64,000 bases of DNA from the NCBI GenBank assembly GCA_963717435.1, contig OY970332.1:384001-448000 (forward strand). Reading direction: 5' to 3'. Each line of letters starts with the position of its first letter. Within the stretch, counting starts at the first letter, position 1. The notes beneath the pieces were generated by a model. That model did no database searches. It saw nothing but the letters and a program-made list of their open reading frames with translations, and was not told the origin of the DNA. Both the position numbers and the translations under genes were made by a program. Below, one piece after another: positions 51,236 to 61,380 of the stretch. The stretch comes from an uncultured bacterium. GTDB lineage: Bacteria > Babelota > Babeliae > Babelales > Babelaceae.

Positions 51236-52609
51236 ATGAGGATTACAAATACTTTATCGAAGAATCTTGCGTTAACTTTACTTGTGTTTGCGCCGCAATT
51301 ATTTGCAATGCAAGGCACGCTGGACACATCATTTAATCCAACTGGAACACCTCCCGGCTCAGTCGTCACACCAATTCCCGGCAGTTCAAGTAGCCAAATA
51401 AACTCAATAGCAATACAATCCAATGGGCAAATTGTCGCAGGGGGATCTGCGCGCATAAGTAGCAACCCTGAATTTACACTAGCAAGATATAACACCAATG
51501 GAACTCTGGACACCAGTTTTGGCAGTAACGGCATTGTTATTACCGCAATTGGCATTGGCGGCAGTGAGATATTCTCAATATCGATACAATCTAATGGACA
51601 AATTGTCGCAGGGGGACAGGCAAATATAAGTGGGGCACAAACATTTGCATTGGCTAGATATAACACCAATGGAAGTTTAGATAATAGTTTTGGTACCAAT
51701 GGCGTTGTCACCACTCAGATTAGTGGAAACACAGGTGGCTCAATATCCTCAATAGCGATACAAGCCAATGGGCAGATTGTTGCCGGTGGATATGCAACCA
51801 TAGGCGGCAATCACGAATTTGTACTAGCAAGATACAACACCAATGGAACTCTGGACACCAGTTTTGGCACTAATGGCATTGTCACTACAGAAATTGGCAG
51901 TTCAGATAGCAATATATATTCAGTAGCAATACAATCTAATGGGCAAATTGTTGCTGGCGGAGATGCAAACCCAGGCGGCAACTTTGAATTTGCACTAGCA
52001 AGATATAACACCAATGGCAGCTTGGACACGAGCTTTGGCACTAATGGTATTGTCACTACCAAAATTGGCAGTTCAGATAGCATAATACATTCAATAGCTA
52101 TACAAGCCAATGGTCAAATTGTTGCTGGAGGAGGTGCAACCATAGGCAGCAATGACGAATTTGCATTAGCAAGATTTAACAGCAATGGCAGCTTGGACAC
52201 CAGTTTTGGCAGCAATGGAACTGTTACCACCCCAATAGGCGGATCTAGCATCGACATAGCTTCAATATCCATGCAATCGGATGGCAAAATTGTCGCTGTC
52301 GGATATAATATAGACTTTGGCTCAACGCCTTGTGCATTGGCACGATACAATACAAATGGCAGTTTGGACACCAGTTTTGGTACCGGCGGGATTGTGACAA
52401 CTACTAATGAGCCTTTTGGGAAAATGACTTCGATAGCAATACAATCTAATGGACAAATTGTTGCCGGCGGAGTGGACTCAACAGGAAGCAATTTTGCACT
52501 GGCTAGATACAATGCAAGCACAAGTTTGACACAAAGTTCGCTGACGCTTGCGCTAAAAAACAAGTACTACGCTAATGGTAGTGGAGCAAAACAAGGCCCC
52601 GTATTTTAA
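51236..52609 (+). CDS. Secreted delta-60-repeat (beta-propeller) protein
   Basis: About 7 repeats of SIAIQSNGQIVAGG...FALARYNTNGSLDTSFG.NG.VTT. Confidence 0.88.
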   Translation: MRITNTLSKNLALTLLVFAPQLFAMQGTLDTSFNPTGTPPGSVVTPIPGSSSSQINSIAIQSNGQIVAGGSARISSNPEFTLARYNTNGTLDTSFGSNGIVITAIGIGGSEIFSISIQSNGQIVAGGQANISGAQTFALARYNTNGSLDNSFGTNGVVTTQISGNTGGSISSIAIQANGQIVAGGYATIGGNHEFVLARYNTNGTLDTSFGTNGIVTTEIGSSDSNIYSVAIQSNGQIVAGGDANPGGNFEFALARYNTNGSLDTSFGTNGIVTTKIGSSDSIIHSIAIQANGQIVAGGGATIGSNDEFALARFNSNGSLDTSFGSNGTVTTPIGGSSIDIASISMQSDGKIVAVGYNIDFGSTPCALARYNTNGSLDTSFGTGGIVTTTNEPFGKMTSIAIQSNGQIVAGGVDSTGSNFALARYNASTSLTQSSLTLALKNKYYANGSGAKQGPVF

Positions 52610-52679
52610 GTTTGAACGAAAAGAAATCGCGTATACTTATTTATAACAAACAGCCCTGGGATTTAAATATCCCGGGGTT

Positions 52680-53306
52680 TTATTCGCCAATAATTTTAAG
52701 CAAATCATGGGCGTGGTTGATTATATAATCGGGTTTGTGTTCTTCTAACTTTTCACGGCTATTAAACCCCCAAGTTACCGCTACGCTTGTTATATTATTG
52801 GCTTTCGCAGCTTCAACATCTCGAGCCTCATCGCCAATATAAACAACTTGCGCGGGGTCGAGTTTATGAGTTTTTATGATGTCTGCAATAACTCTGCCTT
52901 TACCAAAAAGACGCGATTGGCCATGAATAAAGTTAAAATAATTTAAATTATTTTTTATTAAAAATTTTTCTACGTTCTCTTTTGAGTTACTCGTAACTAT
53001 CCCGATTTGAAAGTTGTGATCATGCAGATATTTTATGACTCTGTCTATTCCCGGATGGGGCTTAATTTCGCCTATTCGCTCATTTAAATTTTTTCTTATA
53101 GTGCGTACAACAAAAGGCAACTTAAATTGTCCAATGCCCAACTCTTTAAGAATATCTCTGATATGTTTTTTTCTTAATGACTCATGATTTTCAATTTTTT
53201 TAAATTTATAAAAGTCTGCGACGTCGTTAAGACATTCGATAATTACCGGCAATGAGTCGGCCAATGTTCCATCAAAGTCGAAAATAAAAACAGTTTTTTT
53301 AATCAT
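52680..53306 (-). CDS. HAD-family hydrolase (phosphoglycolate-phosphatase-like)
   Basis: FDFDGTLADS, IVTSN, YIGDE.RD, VTWG. Confidence 0.88.
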   Translation of the reverse strand: MIKKTVFIFDFDGTLADSLPVIIECLNDVADFYKFKKIENHESLRKKHIRDILKELGIGQFKLPFVVRTIRKNLNERIGEIKPHPGIDRVIKYLHDHNFQIGIVTSNSKENVEKFLIKNNLNYFNFIHGQSRLFGKGRVIADIIKTHKLDPAQVVYIGDEARDVEAAKANNITSVAVTWGFNSREKLEEHKPDYIINHAHDLLKIIGE

Positions 53307-53337
53307 AGTTATAAGCTGTTATAAAAATATTATAAAA

Positions 53338-54210
53338 TTATTTTATGGAGTTATATTTTGCCACGCGGTTTACTATATCAGTTTCGCGCCAATATGCAGC
53401 ATACTTGTCACCATAAGAAAAATGCCAGAATTCGTAAAGATAATTTATGAGCCCGGCTTTTGTTGCGGCAATTAAAAATAATAATCTAGTTTTTTGTTGT
53501 TCTTGTGTGAGGCTTGGTGAATCGGAAAAAGTTGGTGCAGCAGGCCCGCTGGTATTAAATCTTCCCATGTCACAAAATTTTTCAGCTTTTTTGCTATAAA
53601 GCGCGATATCGACCGCTGCGCCTGTTGAATGGGTCGGGACATTATTGATGTATGGTGAAACCCATTTACTAGTTTCTTCATAAAGCTGCTCTTCTGTTAA
53701 TTCTGGATTTTTTTTACGCAATTCTTCTAATTTAAAATCAAAAAGTTGTTTTTGAGTAGACAAATCTCGCAATCCCTCAAAAAGTTTTATTTGAAGTTCA
53801 TGAACTTCGTAGCCAAAACTTGGAGCAAGATTATCCAGTTCTTTAACCATGCGACAGAGTGCGTCATAAACGCTTTTGCGAACAAAAGAATATTTTTCAC
53901 CCCTTGGATCTATATCTTCTTTGCAGCTATGCGCTTTGAGTAGCAGATCGTCTTCCATGACCCCTATACGGGCATTATTTACAGATTTTATGTCAACAAG
54001 TGGCTCACCACACTCTATAATTTCTATTTCTTTAATTAAGGGATTTGCTATCGCCGGAGATTTGCCAGAGATAAACTCTTTATATTGCTTATTAATAAGC
54101 TGGTAAGTCTCTTCGCCCATTAGTTTACGATTATCTTGCAGCAAATTTTCCCAATTTTTAGCAGACAAACAAAAGTTAAACATGAGTGTTAGTGTAAGTA
54201 GTTTTTGCAT
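53338..54210 (-). CDS. D-Ala-D-Ala dipeptidase-like M15 metallopeptidase with signal peptide
   Basis: ECGEPLVD, EGLR, HSTGAAVD, EFWHFSYGD. Confidence 0.8.
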   Translation of the reverse strand: MQKLLTLTLMFNFCLSAKNWENLLQDNRKLMGEETYQLINKQYKEFISGKSPAIANPLIKEIEIIECGEPLVDIKSVNNARIGVMEDDLLLKAHSCKEDIDPRGEKYSFVRKSVYDALCRMVKELDNLAPSFGYEVHELQIKLFEGLRDLSTQKQLFDFKLEELRKKNPELTEEQLYEETSKWVSPYINNVPTHSTGAAVDIALYSKKAEKFCDMGRFNTSGPAAPTFSDSPSLTQEQQKTRLLFLIAATKAGLINYLYEFWHFSYGDKYAAYWRETDIVNRVAKYNSIK

Positions 54211-54284
54211 ATTTTGCTCCAGAAAAAATAAGTAAAGAGTATAGGTCTGTTAAGTTTTACATAAATTGCATGGGTAAGCAAACC

Positions 54285-54453
54285 CCGCTCGTCCCGAGTG
54301 CCCGGCGTAGCTTTAGCGTAGCCTGGGTGTATCGAGGGATGGCGGCAAAAAATAATATTATATAATAATTTATCTATTTTATAATCGAAAAAAATGCTCA
54401 TCCCTCGATACGATCACCTTCACTACGTTTCGGTGATCACTCGGGACGAGCGG
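54285..54453. repeat. Convergent pair of A repeats
   Basis: 54285..54341 (+) and 54399..54453 (-) with different internal hairpins. Confidence 0.85.
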
Positions 54454-54509
54454 ATCAAAGTAAAACAAGCTTATCACATGCGGGTAATCAATTATTTTTA
54501 ATTATAAAA

Positions 54510-54716
54510 TTAGTCTTTTAAACTACTTGCCCACCAAAGAAGTGCCGCCGCTATTACAGAGCCTACTATAGCCCCGTAAAAATTAAGATTTTGATCTAGT
54601 TGAATAGAGAAAAACATCAAAGGCAAAGTGCCGGAAAAAATTAATAATATATGCGTTAATGCATGAAATACTGCTGCACCAGATAAAAACATAGCTATAT
54701 TTTTTTTTGAAAACAT
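54510..54716 (-). CDS. Small two-TM membrane protein
   Basis: CAGGAG SD; two hydrophobic helices. Confidence 0.6.
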   Translation of the reverse strand: MFSKKNIAMFLSGAAVFHALTHILLIFSGTLPLMFFSIQLDQNLNFYGAIVGSVIAAALLWWASSLKD

Positions 54717-54852
54717 AAAAATCTCCTGAAAAAATTTTAATTGATTACCCAACAAGCAAGTTAAAAAATTAGTTAGAAACTAATCAAGATTTGGTCAACT
54801 TGAATTTTAATTTCAAGATGATAATGTTATAAAAACAAAAGGGAGAAGGTTC

Positions 54853-55245
54853 ATGATTATCTCTATATTAATTTTATCAATAATAGGCTTTGCCTGTTCA
54901 CTATATCTTTTTATTGTCGAACAAAAAATCAAAGTTGACCCGTTATACAAAGCAGGATGCGATCTATCTGATGGATTCTCTTGTTCAAAAACAATTTTGA
55001 GCCAATACGGAAATCTATTTTTTATCTCAAATTCGATATTGGGCATGCTTTTATATGCAGTTATAGGCTCACTGGCGATTTTAAATCAAGCAAATTTAAT
55101 TTTTTATATATCTATTCCGGCAATATTAGTTGCAATATATCTTGCATATATAAGTTATTTTAAAATTGGGGCCTTTTGTCCAGTATGCACAGCAACTTAT
55201 ATTATAGATTTTATTATTTTAGCAATTAGTTTTTTTAGTTTGTAA
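54853..55245 (+). CDS. Vitamin K epoxide reductase family protein
   Basis: CD.....SC..IL.S.YG, NSILG, CPVC. Confidence 0.85.
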   Translation: MIISILILSIIGFACSLYLFIVEQKIKVDPLYKAGCDLSDGFSCSKTILSQYGNLFFISNSILGMLLYAVIGSLAILNQANLIFYISIPAILVAIYLAYISYFKIGAFCPVCTATYIIDFIILAISFFSL

Positions 55246-55273
55246 TCTTAAAAAAAATATTTTGGGAGAAACT

Positions 55274-55705
55274 ATGTTTAATATCTTTAACTGGCTTTTT
55301 GCAAGTAATATAGCAACAAAAGACCTTGGTTTGTTTGTAATACGCGTAGCAGTTGGCACGCTATTTGTTATATTGCACGGGTTTCCCAAAATAATGGGAG
55401 GCAACCAACAATGGATCTGGCTCGGTGGGCAGATGAAAAATTTTGGAATTACGTTTTGGCCAATGTTCTGGGGCCTGGCCGCAACATGTGCAGAGTTTTT
55501 TGGTGGAATCTGTTTAATATTGGGACTTGGAACAAGAATAGCGGCATTCTTTATGTGCATTGTTATGCTTGTTGCGCTTAGATATCATTTTGCAAATGGG
55601 GACACCAGCAAAGTATACGAGTATCCACTTGCATTATTTTTTATACTTCTGGGATTATTGATATCTGATGGCGGAAGCTACTCTTTAGATTATTTTTTAA
55701 AATAA
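55274..55705 (+). CDS. DoxX family protein
   Basis: GL..IR..VG....HG..K, AEFFGG...LG..TR.AA, G.YSLD. Confidence 0.88.
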   Translation: MFNIFNWLFASNIATKDLGLFVIRVAVGTLFVILHGFPKIMGGNQQWIWLGGQMKNFGITFWPMFWGLAATCAEFFGGICLILGLGTRIAAFFMCIVMLVALRYHFANGDTSKVYEYPLALFFILLGLLISDGGSYSLDYFLK

Positions 55706-55805
55706 ATTTTTGAGAAAAATTTTGTAGCTATAAAGATATATTTTTTTGTAGAGTTTAAAAAACTTAGTTACAACTTAATTAAAAATTACTGGGAGAGAAA
55801 TAGTT

Positions 55806-56528
55806 ATGTTTTCTTTTTTAAAATCGATATTCAGGAAAATTTCTGGCAAAGACAAGGTAGAAGAGATTAAAGCAGAACCAAAAGTAGGACCGACAGCAAA
55901 GCCTATGACGACGGCAAATAAAGTAAAAGAAATTAAACCGGAACAAAAAATAGCGCCAAAAACTGTCGAACCAAAAAAGACAGTAGAAAAAACAGCAATC
56001 AAATCTCAAGAGCCAATTAAAGCAGTCGAGCCAAAGCCTAAAGAAAAGGCTAAAGAAGCAAAAGCTATAAAGCCAAAGCGCGAAACGCCTGCTCCAAAAA
56101 AGCGCGTTTTAAAACCTCAAGTCAAATTACCGGCAGAAGGTAGTTTTTCTGTGAATAAACCAAATATAGAAGTAGTAAAACAGCCGACTAAGCAACCTGC
56201 CCAATCTAGCCAATCTGCTGATTGGAAAACAAAAGCTGATGCTGCTGAAAAAATAAAAAGGGCGTTTCAGGGTTTTTTTTATGACGTTGCCAGCTTGGAA
56301 AGTTTAAACGGGCAACCTGAGCTTAAGAAAACTAATTTTGAGAATTATAAAAAAACTTTTAAAGCAAAACTTGATCAAAATCTGCCAAAACTCGATCTAC
56401 TTGATCAGCAAATTTTACTGCATATAAGTAATAGTTTGCTTGAAAAAGATATTAAAAATATTACTGAGACCCTGGAAAAAGATACTTTGGAAAAAGTTAG
56501 CAAAATCCCAGACAAATATATTAGCTAA
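55806..56528 (+). CDS. Lys/Pro-rich hypothetical protein
   Basis: Amphipathic MFSFLKSIF start, low-complexity linker, helical C-domain. Confidence 0.65.
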   Translation: MFSFLKSIFRKISGKDKVEEIKAEPKVGPTAKPMTTANKVKEIKPEQKIAPKTVEPKKTVEKTAIKSQEPIKAVEPKPKEKAKEAKAIKPKRETPAPKKRVLKPQVKLPAEGSFSVNKPNIEVVKQPTKQPAQSSQSADWKTKADAAEKIKRAFQGFFYDVASLESLNGQPELKKTNFENYKKTFKAKLDQNLPKLDLLDQQILLHISNSLLEKDIKNITETLEKDTLEKVSKIPDKYIS

Positions 56529-56582
56529 AAATTAATTTTTTAGATTCAAATTCTATTGATTTTTTGTCTAGATTCGAGAAAT

Positions 56583-56705
56583 CCGCTCGTCCCGAGTGAT
56601 CACCGAAACGTAGTGAAGGTGATTGTATCGAGGGATCGAGCAGAACCGCCATCCCTCGATAAATTTTTCTTCGCTGCCGCTACGAAAAACACTCGGGACG
56701 AGCGG
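56583..56705. repeat. Convergent pair of A repeats
   Basis: 56583..56636 (+) and 56650..56705 (-). Confidence 0.85.
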
Positions 56706-56729
56706 GTAAAAAAACTCAAGTAAATCTAA

Positions 56730-58919
56730 CTATATTTTAGATTTGGCCAGATCTCGCAGTTCAAGCTGCTGCTCAAGAAAAGTTTTCGGCCATTCAGCAG
56801 AAACATCAGCTATATTATTATTCGAATCTAGAGCAGGAATAAGTCTTGGAAAAATTTCGGCAACCTCTTTAATATCCCCAATCACGGCTTTTCTATTAGC
56901 CTTGAGTATTTTTATGTATTCAGGATGCCTAACACATGTTCCATAAGCTTTCATTAGATTCTCAACATCCTGCCCATCAGCCGTAGATTTTATTTTTTGA
57001 ACTCTTATAACTAAATCTTTAACGGCCCCCATAGCCAATTTTAAATCAGTGATTTTTAGGCCCAAGACTGTGTGCGAGAGATTATTTACATCTATTTTTT
57101 CTTCAACAAGTTCCAAGCCGCCATGATCCAACAAATAATTTAATATTGTTGTGTTTGCTCGCGCATGGGCCTGTGAAATCTCTTTTGCATCATCAGCTTG
57201 CGAAACTAGCCTGTATAAGCCAGCCTCTGCCATATGCAAAATTAGTTTTTCAGTAATTTTGTCTTTGGTTAATTTTGTTGGCCAATCTTTAAATACGTTA
57301 TTTTCAGCAAGTTCATCAAAACAAAAAATACTGATATATAAAGCTATAATTTCAGCTCGAAGTTCTTCAAGACCCGACATGTACCCGCCAATAAACTCGT
57401 TTATATTATCGCTAGTAACCTGAATTTTATCGCCAACAGAGTAAGTTTTCCCGGATATGGTTAACTGGTCGCCATCGATAAATATATGCTCCGCAGGGGC
57501 GCCACTGGCATGACCAATAGTTTCATGTAAAGTTGTTAATATATCTGAAAGATCGTGATCAAGTTTATTTTCCGGGTCATATTTATTTAGCCACTCAAGA
57601 TTATCTTTAATATTAAATAATTTTTTATTTAATTCTGGGTTTATTAACTCGCCCAACCCCTTGCCCATCTGATACATAATCTGCTTTGAGCCATACTGGG
57701 ATCTTATTTCATCATAGTTTGGCAAGCAGTAGGCAGCCGTAAATTTTACTGGCCCAGCGCCGCCTGAACCGAAAAGTTTTGCATTAACAGATGCGTTTGG
57801 AATCGCGCCCGATGCATGTAGATTTTGTCTTTTAAATTCTGCAGGAAATGGCAACTTATCTTCTAATACTGGGAACAAATTATTAAGCTTTTCCATGTCT
57901 ACTGCTTTGATTGTCACGTCTGCCTCGAAAGAACCTCTATATTGCTTTGGATCTTCGTAAACCTCAACAAAACCAAAATTGTAGTCTATTTTACTTTTAG
58001 TTTTTAGCCATTCGATACAAAATTTTTTAAAGTCTTGCTCGTCGCCAGATTCTAAGAATTTAGTCATAAGATCTAAGCTATTTTGGATATTAATATCAAA
58101 AATAGCTGGGTATTTTTTTACATGCTCCAAAGCTTTATTGAGCCAATAATGGGCGACTTCGAGTTCTTGCGAAAATTTATCACCTATTTTATAGTAGCTG
58201 ACTTTTGGTACGCGCGCGCCATTAACAATTTCTATTTCAAAATACCCGTTGATTGCGGTTTTTTGGACCGGATCAAGTTTTTCAAAATCTGCATCAGTAA
58301 ATCCGGGACCATACATATTAGTGGCACTTTTTTCGATACTGCCCTCAACTGTCAAAGTTGGTTCAACAGAAGCATTAAATATAGAGTCTCTTAATTTTGA
58401 GATAGTATTTTTTGCATCAGTTTCACCCAGAGCTTCTAGCGCCAAAATTAAATTATTTTGTGTTAATACAAATAAATTAAGATTTTCTGGCGTGCGCTTA
58501 TTATTTTCAAACTCTTTTAAAAAATATTGGCCATGATTTGCAAGCAAATATACCAAATATATTTCTGATTGTTTTATGAATTGTTCAGCGTCAAATAATT
58601 TAGAGCAGTTATCAATTATAGTTTTTTTGTTTTTTATTATTTTTTCGAAAATATCTATTATTTGAGTTGCATCCCTGTGGGTTTGACCGGCTAAAATATT
58701 ATTTCCAGGGATACTTGCTCGATACATGTAATAAGCAAAAATGCGCTCTTCTGGCTTTAAATCGTTCCATAATTTTGGAAGTTGGTCGTTATATTGGGTG
58801 GCGATTTCAAAATACTGTTCAATATTATTTGGAGCTATTTCTAATTTTTTCATTTGTATCTTACTCGATTGACAGGTCCCTAAACCTAATAACAAAAACA
58901 AACTTGACAACTGCTTCAT
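56730..58919 (-). CDS. Dipeptidyl-peptidase III (M49 family), exported
   Basis: GFVEVYEDP, LPNY..IR..YGSK, HETIGH, EELRAE, QAH.RA. Confidence 0.88.
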   Translation of the reverse strand: MKQLSSLFLLLGLGTCQSSKIQMKKLEIAPNNIEQYFEIATQYNDQLPKLWNDLKPEERIFAYYMYRASIPGNNILAGQTHRDATQIIDIFEKIIKNKKTIIDNCSKLFDAEQFIKQSEIYLVYLLANHGQYFLKEFENNKRTPENLNLFVLTQNNLILALEALGETDAKNTISKLRDSIFNASVEPTLTVEGSIEKSATNMYGPGFTDADFEKLDPVQKTAINGYFEIEIVNGARVPKVSYYKIGDKFSQELEVAHYWLNKALEHVKKYPAIFDINIQNSLDLMTKFLESGDEQDFKKFCIEWLKTKSKIDYNFGFVEVYEDPKQYRGSFEADVTIKAVDMEKLNNLFPVLEDKLPFPAEFKRQNLHASGAIPNASVNAKLFGSGGAGPVKFTAAYCLPNYDEIRSQYGSKQIMYQMGKGLGELINPELNKKLFNIKDNLEWLNKYDPENKLDHDLSDILTTLHETIGHASGAPAEHIFIDGDQLTISGKTYSVGDKIQVTSDNINEFIGGYMSGLEELRAEIIALYISIFCFDELAENNVFKDWPTKLTKDKITEKLILHMAEAGLYRLVSQADDAKEISQAHARANTTILNYLLDHGGLELVEEKIDVNNLSHTVLGLKITDLKLAMGAVKDLVIRVQKIKSTADGQDVENLMKAYGTCVRHPEYIKILKANRKAVIGDIKEVAEIFPRLIPALDSNNNIADVSAEWPKTFLEQQLELRDLAKSKI

Positions 58920-58940
58920 AAAACTTTCTTAAATTATACT

Positions 58941-59465
58941 CTATTTTTTTTGATAATACCCAATAAGCCGCGTTTGAGAAATTACATGATTTTCTATGGC
59001 GCTTAATAACTTTTCTTTGTCAACATCACCAGCTAAATCCAGTTTAATATCAAGTGCATAAAGTGTAAAAACATATTCATGCTTCCCAGTTGGTGGGCAT
59101 GGGCCACCCCATTCTTTTTTGCCAAAATCTGTCAGCCCTAAAGAAAAATCCCCTGATTTTATATTTTCAGGCAAGCTCTTTATATTAGAGCCTATATTAT
59201 AAACAACCCAATGCACCCACACTTTACCTGCTACTTTTTGGGCATCCGGGTCGTCGACTATAAGCGCAAAAGATTTTGTGTTTGCCGGGGCATCTTTCCA
59301 ACTTAAGTCTGGGGATATATCTGCGCCCTGACAAGTATATTTTGCCGGTATTTCTTGCCCATTCTGAAACGCTGAACTTGATAACGTAAATTTTCTCATA
59401 AGTTTACTCTCCAGATAAGTAACTGACAAAAAAGTTAACCCGAAAAATAATAATACTTTTTTCAC
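58941..59465 (-). CDS. YbhB/YbcL family PEBP (Raf kinase inhibitor-like) protein
   Basis: DISP.L.W, DDPDA, WVHWV, GPCPP, H.Y.FTLYALD. Confidence 0.88.
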   Translation of the reverse strand: MKKVLLFFGLTFLSVTYLESKLMRKFTLSSSAFQNGQEIPAKYTCQGADISPDLSWKDAPANTKSFALIVDDPDAQKVAGKVWVHWVVYNIGSNIKSLPENIKSGDFSLGLTDFGKKEWGGPCPPTGKHEYVFTLYALDIKLDLAGDVDKEKLLSAIENHVISQTRLIGYYQKK

Positions 59466-59540
59466 ACCAACTCTCCCTATATATTTTCTAAAACAAAATG
59501 GCCCAGAAAAATTCTGAGCCATTTTTATAATAGCAAAAAA

Positions 59541-59747
59541 CTATTTTTTCTTTCTTAGCATTGGAAGTCCGGTACGCTTGTTTTCCATAACTTCGTAACC
59601 AGCTGGCAATGCATCAAGAGAATTAGGTTTATCAACTTCCCCTGCAAAATAATAGATCTTTTGCAAACGATCGCCTGCAAGTTTTACTTGCTTTGTGTGC
59701 AAGTAGTACATTTTGCCGCTTTTTTTGGATTTAACACTATATGCCAT
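59541..59747 (-). CDS. Small basic conserved-type hypothetical protein
   Basis: AAGGAG SD, downstream hairpin; YYLH...IYYF...LPAGYEV.EN.RTGLP.LRK. Confidence 0.75.
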   Translation of the reverse strand: MAYSVKSKKSGKMYYLHTKQVKLAGDRLQKIYYFAGEVDKPNSLDALPAGYEVMENKRTGLPMLRKKK

Positions 59748-59893
59748 GGTATTTAACTCCTTGTTACCATTATTTTACATATTTTTGTTCTATAATTTGT
59801 AGATACTTAAGACAAAGTAATAGAACAATAAAAAAAAATCCAGAGATAATTGTAATTTTATTCTTGGGACCGAAACAGAATTTAGGTTCTTGG

Positions 59894-60006
59894 CCGCTCG
59901 CCCCGAGTGAAATTCCGTAGGAATTTAGTATCGAGGGGTCGGCAAAAAAACAAATCTTACATCCCTCGATACATTTTTTCTACGAAAAAACACTCGGGAT
60001 GAGCGG
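59894..60006. repeat. Convergent pair of A repeats
   Basis: 59894..59938 (+) and 59960..60006 (-), each with a single cGTAg-loop hairpin. Confidence 0.85.
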
Positions 60007-60150
60007 GTGCAAATTATTCTGTTTGTGAAATTTGTCAAAATTTAAAAACTCAACAGAGCCTAGTTAAAACTCAAAAAATTGTTATAATAATTTTCAGATT
60101 TAAACTATAAATTACAAGTAAAATAAAAAAACAATAATCAGGAACAAATC

Positions 60151-61356
60151 ATGCAATCAAGACCCAAAATTTTATTATATGCGCTTATAACTATTTCAGT
60201 AGCGTGGTTCAGCTGGAACTCCTATAAATATTTTTTCTATAAATCTGCACCAGATTTAACAGTTTCTGGAATAGAAGATAACGGCTACTATTCAGGTGAT
60301 GTGCAGTGTATTGTAACAGGACATGACGCATATAAAGTTGCAAATATTTCTGCCTGGCTAGATGGCAAAAATTTGGTAAACAAGCATAAAATTAGCAGAA
60401 AATATTTTGATTACACAGTGCCGATTTCAACAAAAACTATAACCAACGGCAAGCATATTTTAAAAATAGATATCGAAAATGGAATCTACAATCGAAAATC
60501 AACAAGCAAAGAGATCGTCTTCTATGTGGACAATCTCCCATTGCAGGCGGCATTTGTAAAATCTGAATCTGATTACAAAGTTTTCCAGGGCCGCACGCTG
60601 CACATTCAGTTCCAAACAAATAAAGAGATTAAATCAGCTCAAGTTAATGCTCTTTCAAAAACATACGACTGCTTCCCAGAATCACAGGGCGCATTAATAT
60701 ACGAGTGTTTTATTCCGATATCTTGCGAAGAGTCGCCTAACGAATATCTGGCATCTATCGATATTCAAGACAAAGTTGGAAATAGCTTAAATTTAAATCT
60801 AAAATTTCATGTCGTTGCGTTCCCATTTAAAAAACAAATTGTAAAAATTACCCCTGAAAAATTGAGGCTTGAACAAGAAGCGGGACAAAGTGAAAAAGCT
60901 CTTGATGATGCCATTGAAGAAGTTACAAAAAATTCTCCAAAGAAAAAATTATGGCAGGGAATGTTTTACGCCCCAACAGATATTAAAGCAGTAACTACAG
61001 ACTTTGGCACAGTAAGAACAACTCAGCACAGAGGCCTATATGCGCATAAAGCTGTTGATGTGACAAATACCCCAAGATCTGTTGTTTGGTCAACCCAAGA
61101 TGGCATCGTTGTCTTAAAAGACAGATTTGCGCATAGCGGCAACACAGTTGCGGTCGATCATGGCTACGGAATAATTTCTCTTTTCTTTCACTTGGATAAT
61201 TTTGCTAACATTAATGTTGGTGACAAAATCAAACGCGGCAACCCTGTCGGCACACTTGGCATGACGGGTCATGCTACTGGTTATCACTTGCATTGGGAAA
61301 TGCGCGTAAATAATATAGCGGTTGACCCTCTACAATGGATCAAGCCTGGGTTTTAA
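60151..61356 (+). CDS. M23 family metallopeptidase with N-terminal anchor and Ig-like domain
   Basis: HKAVD, GNTVAVDHG, ATGYHLHWE. Confidence 0.88.
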   Translation: MQSRPKILLYALITISVAWFSWNSYKYFFYKSAPDLTVSGIEDNGYYSGDVQCIVTGHDAYKVANISAWLDGKNLVNKHKISRKYFDYTVPISTKTITNGKHILKIDIENGIYNRKSTSKEIVFYVDNLPLQAAFVKSESDYKVFQGRTLHIQFQTNKEIKSAQVNALSKTYDCFPESQGALIYECFIPISCEESPNEYLASIDIQDKVGNSLNLNLKFHVVAFPFKKQIVKITPEKLRLEQEAGQSEKALDDAIEEVTKNSPKKKLWQGMFYAPTDIKAVTTDFGTVRTTQHRGLYAHKAVDVTNTPRSVVWSTQDGIVVLKDRFAHSGNTVAVDHGYGIISLFFHLDNFANINVGDKIKRGNPVGTLGMTGHATGYHLHWEMRVNNIAVDPLQWIKPGF

Positions 61357-61380
61357 TTTAAAAAAAGAGAAAGATAATTT

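Noticed and set aside
51199-52563. Long antisense ORFs over the delta-60 gene and other shadow ORFs in the track
   Set aside because: Codon-bias and repeat shadows of well-supported genes
54189-54401. 70-aa ORF containing RHPSIHPGYAKATPG
   Set aside because: Translation of the palindromic repeat
11946-60006. CRISPR array or integron attC interpretation of the repeats
   Set aside because: Copies are dispersed or in inverted doublets, not regularly spaced direct repeats; no cas or intI gene is present, and I did not recognise attC-type GTTRRRY boundaries
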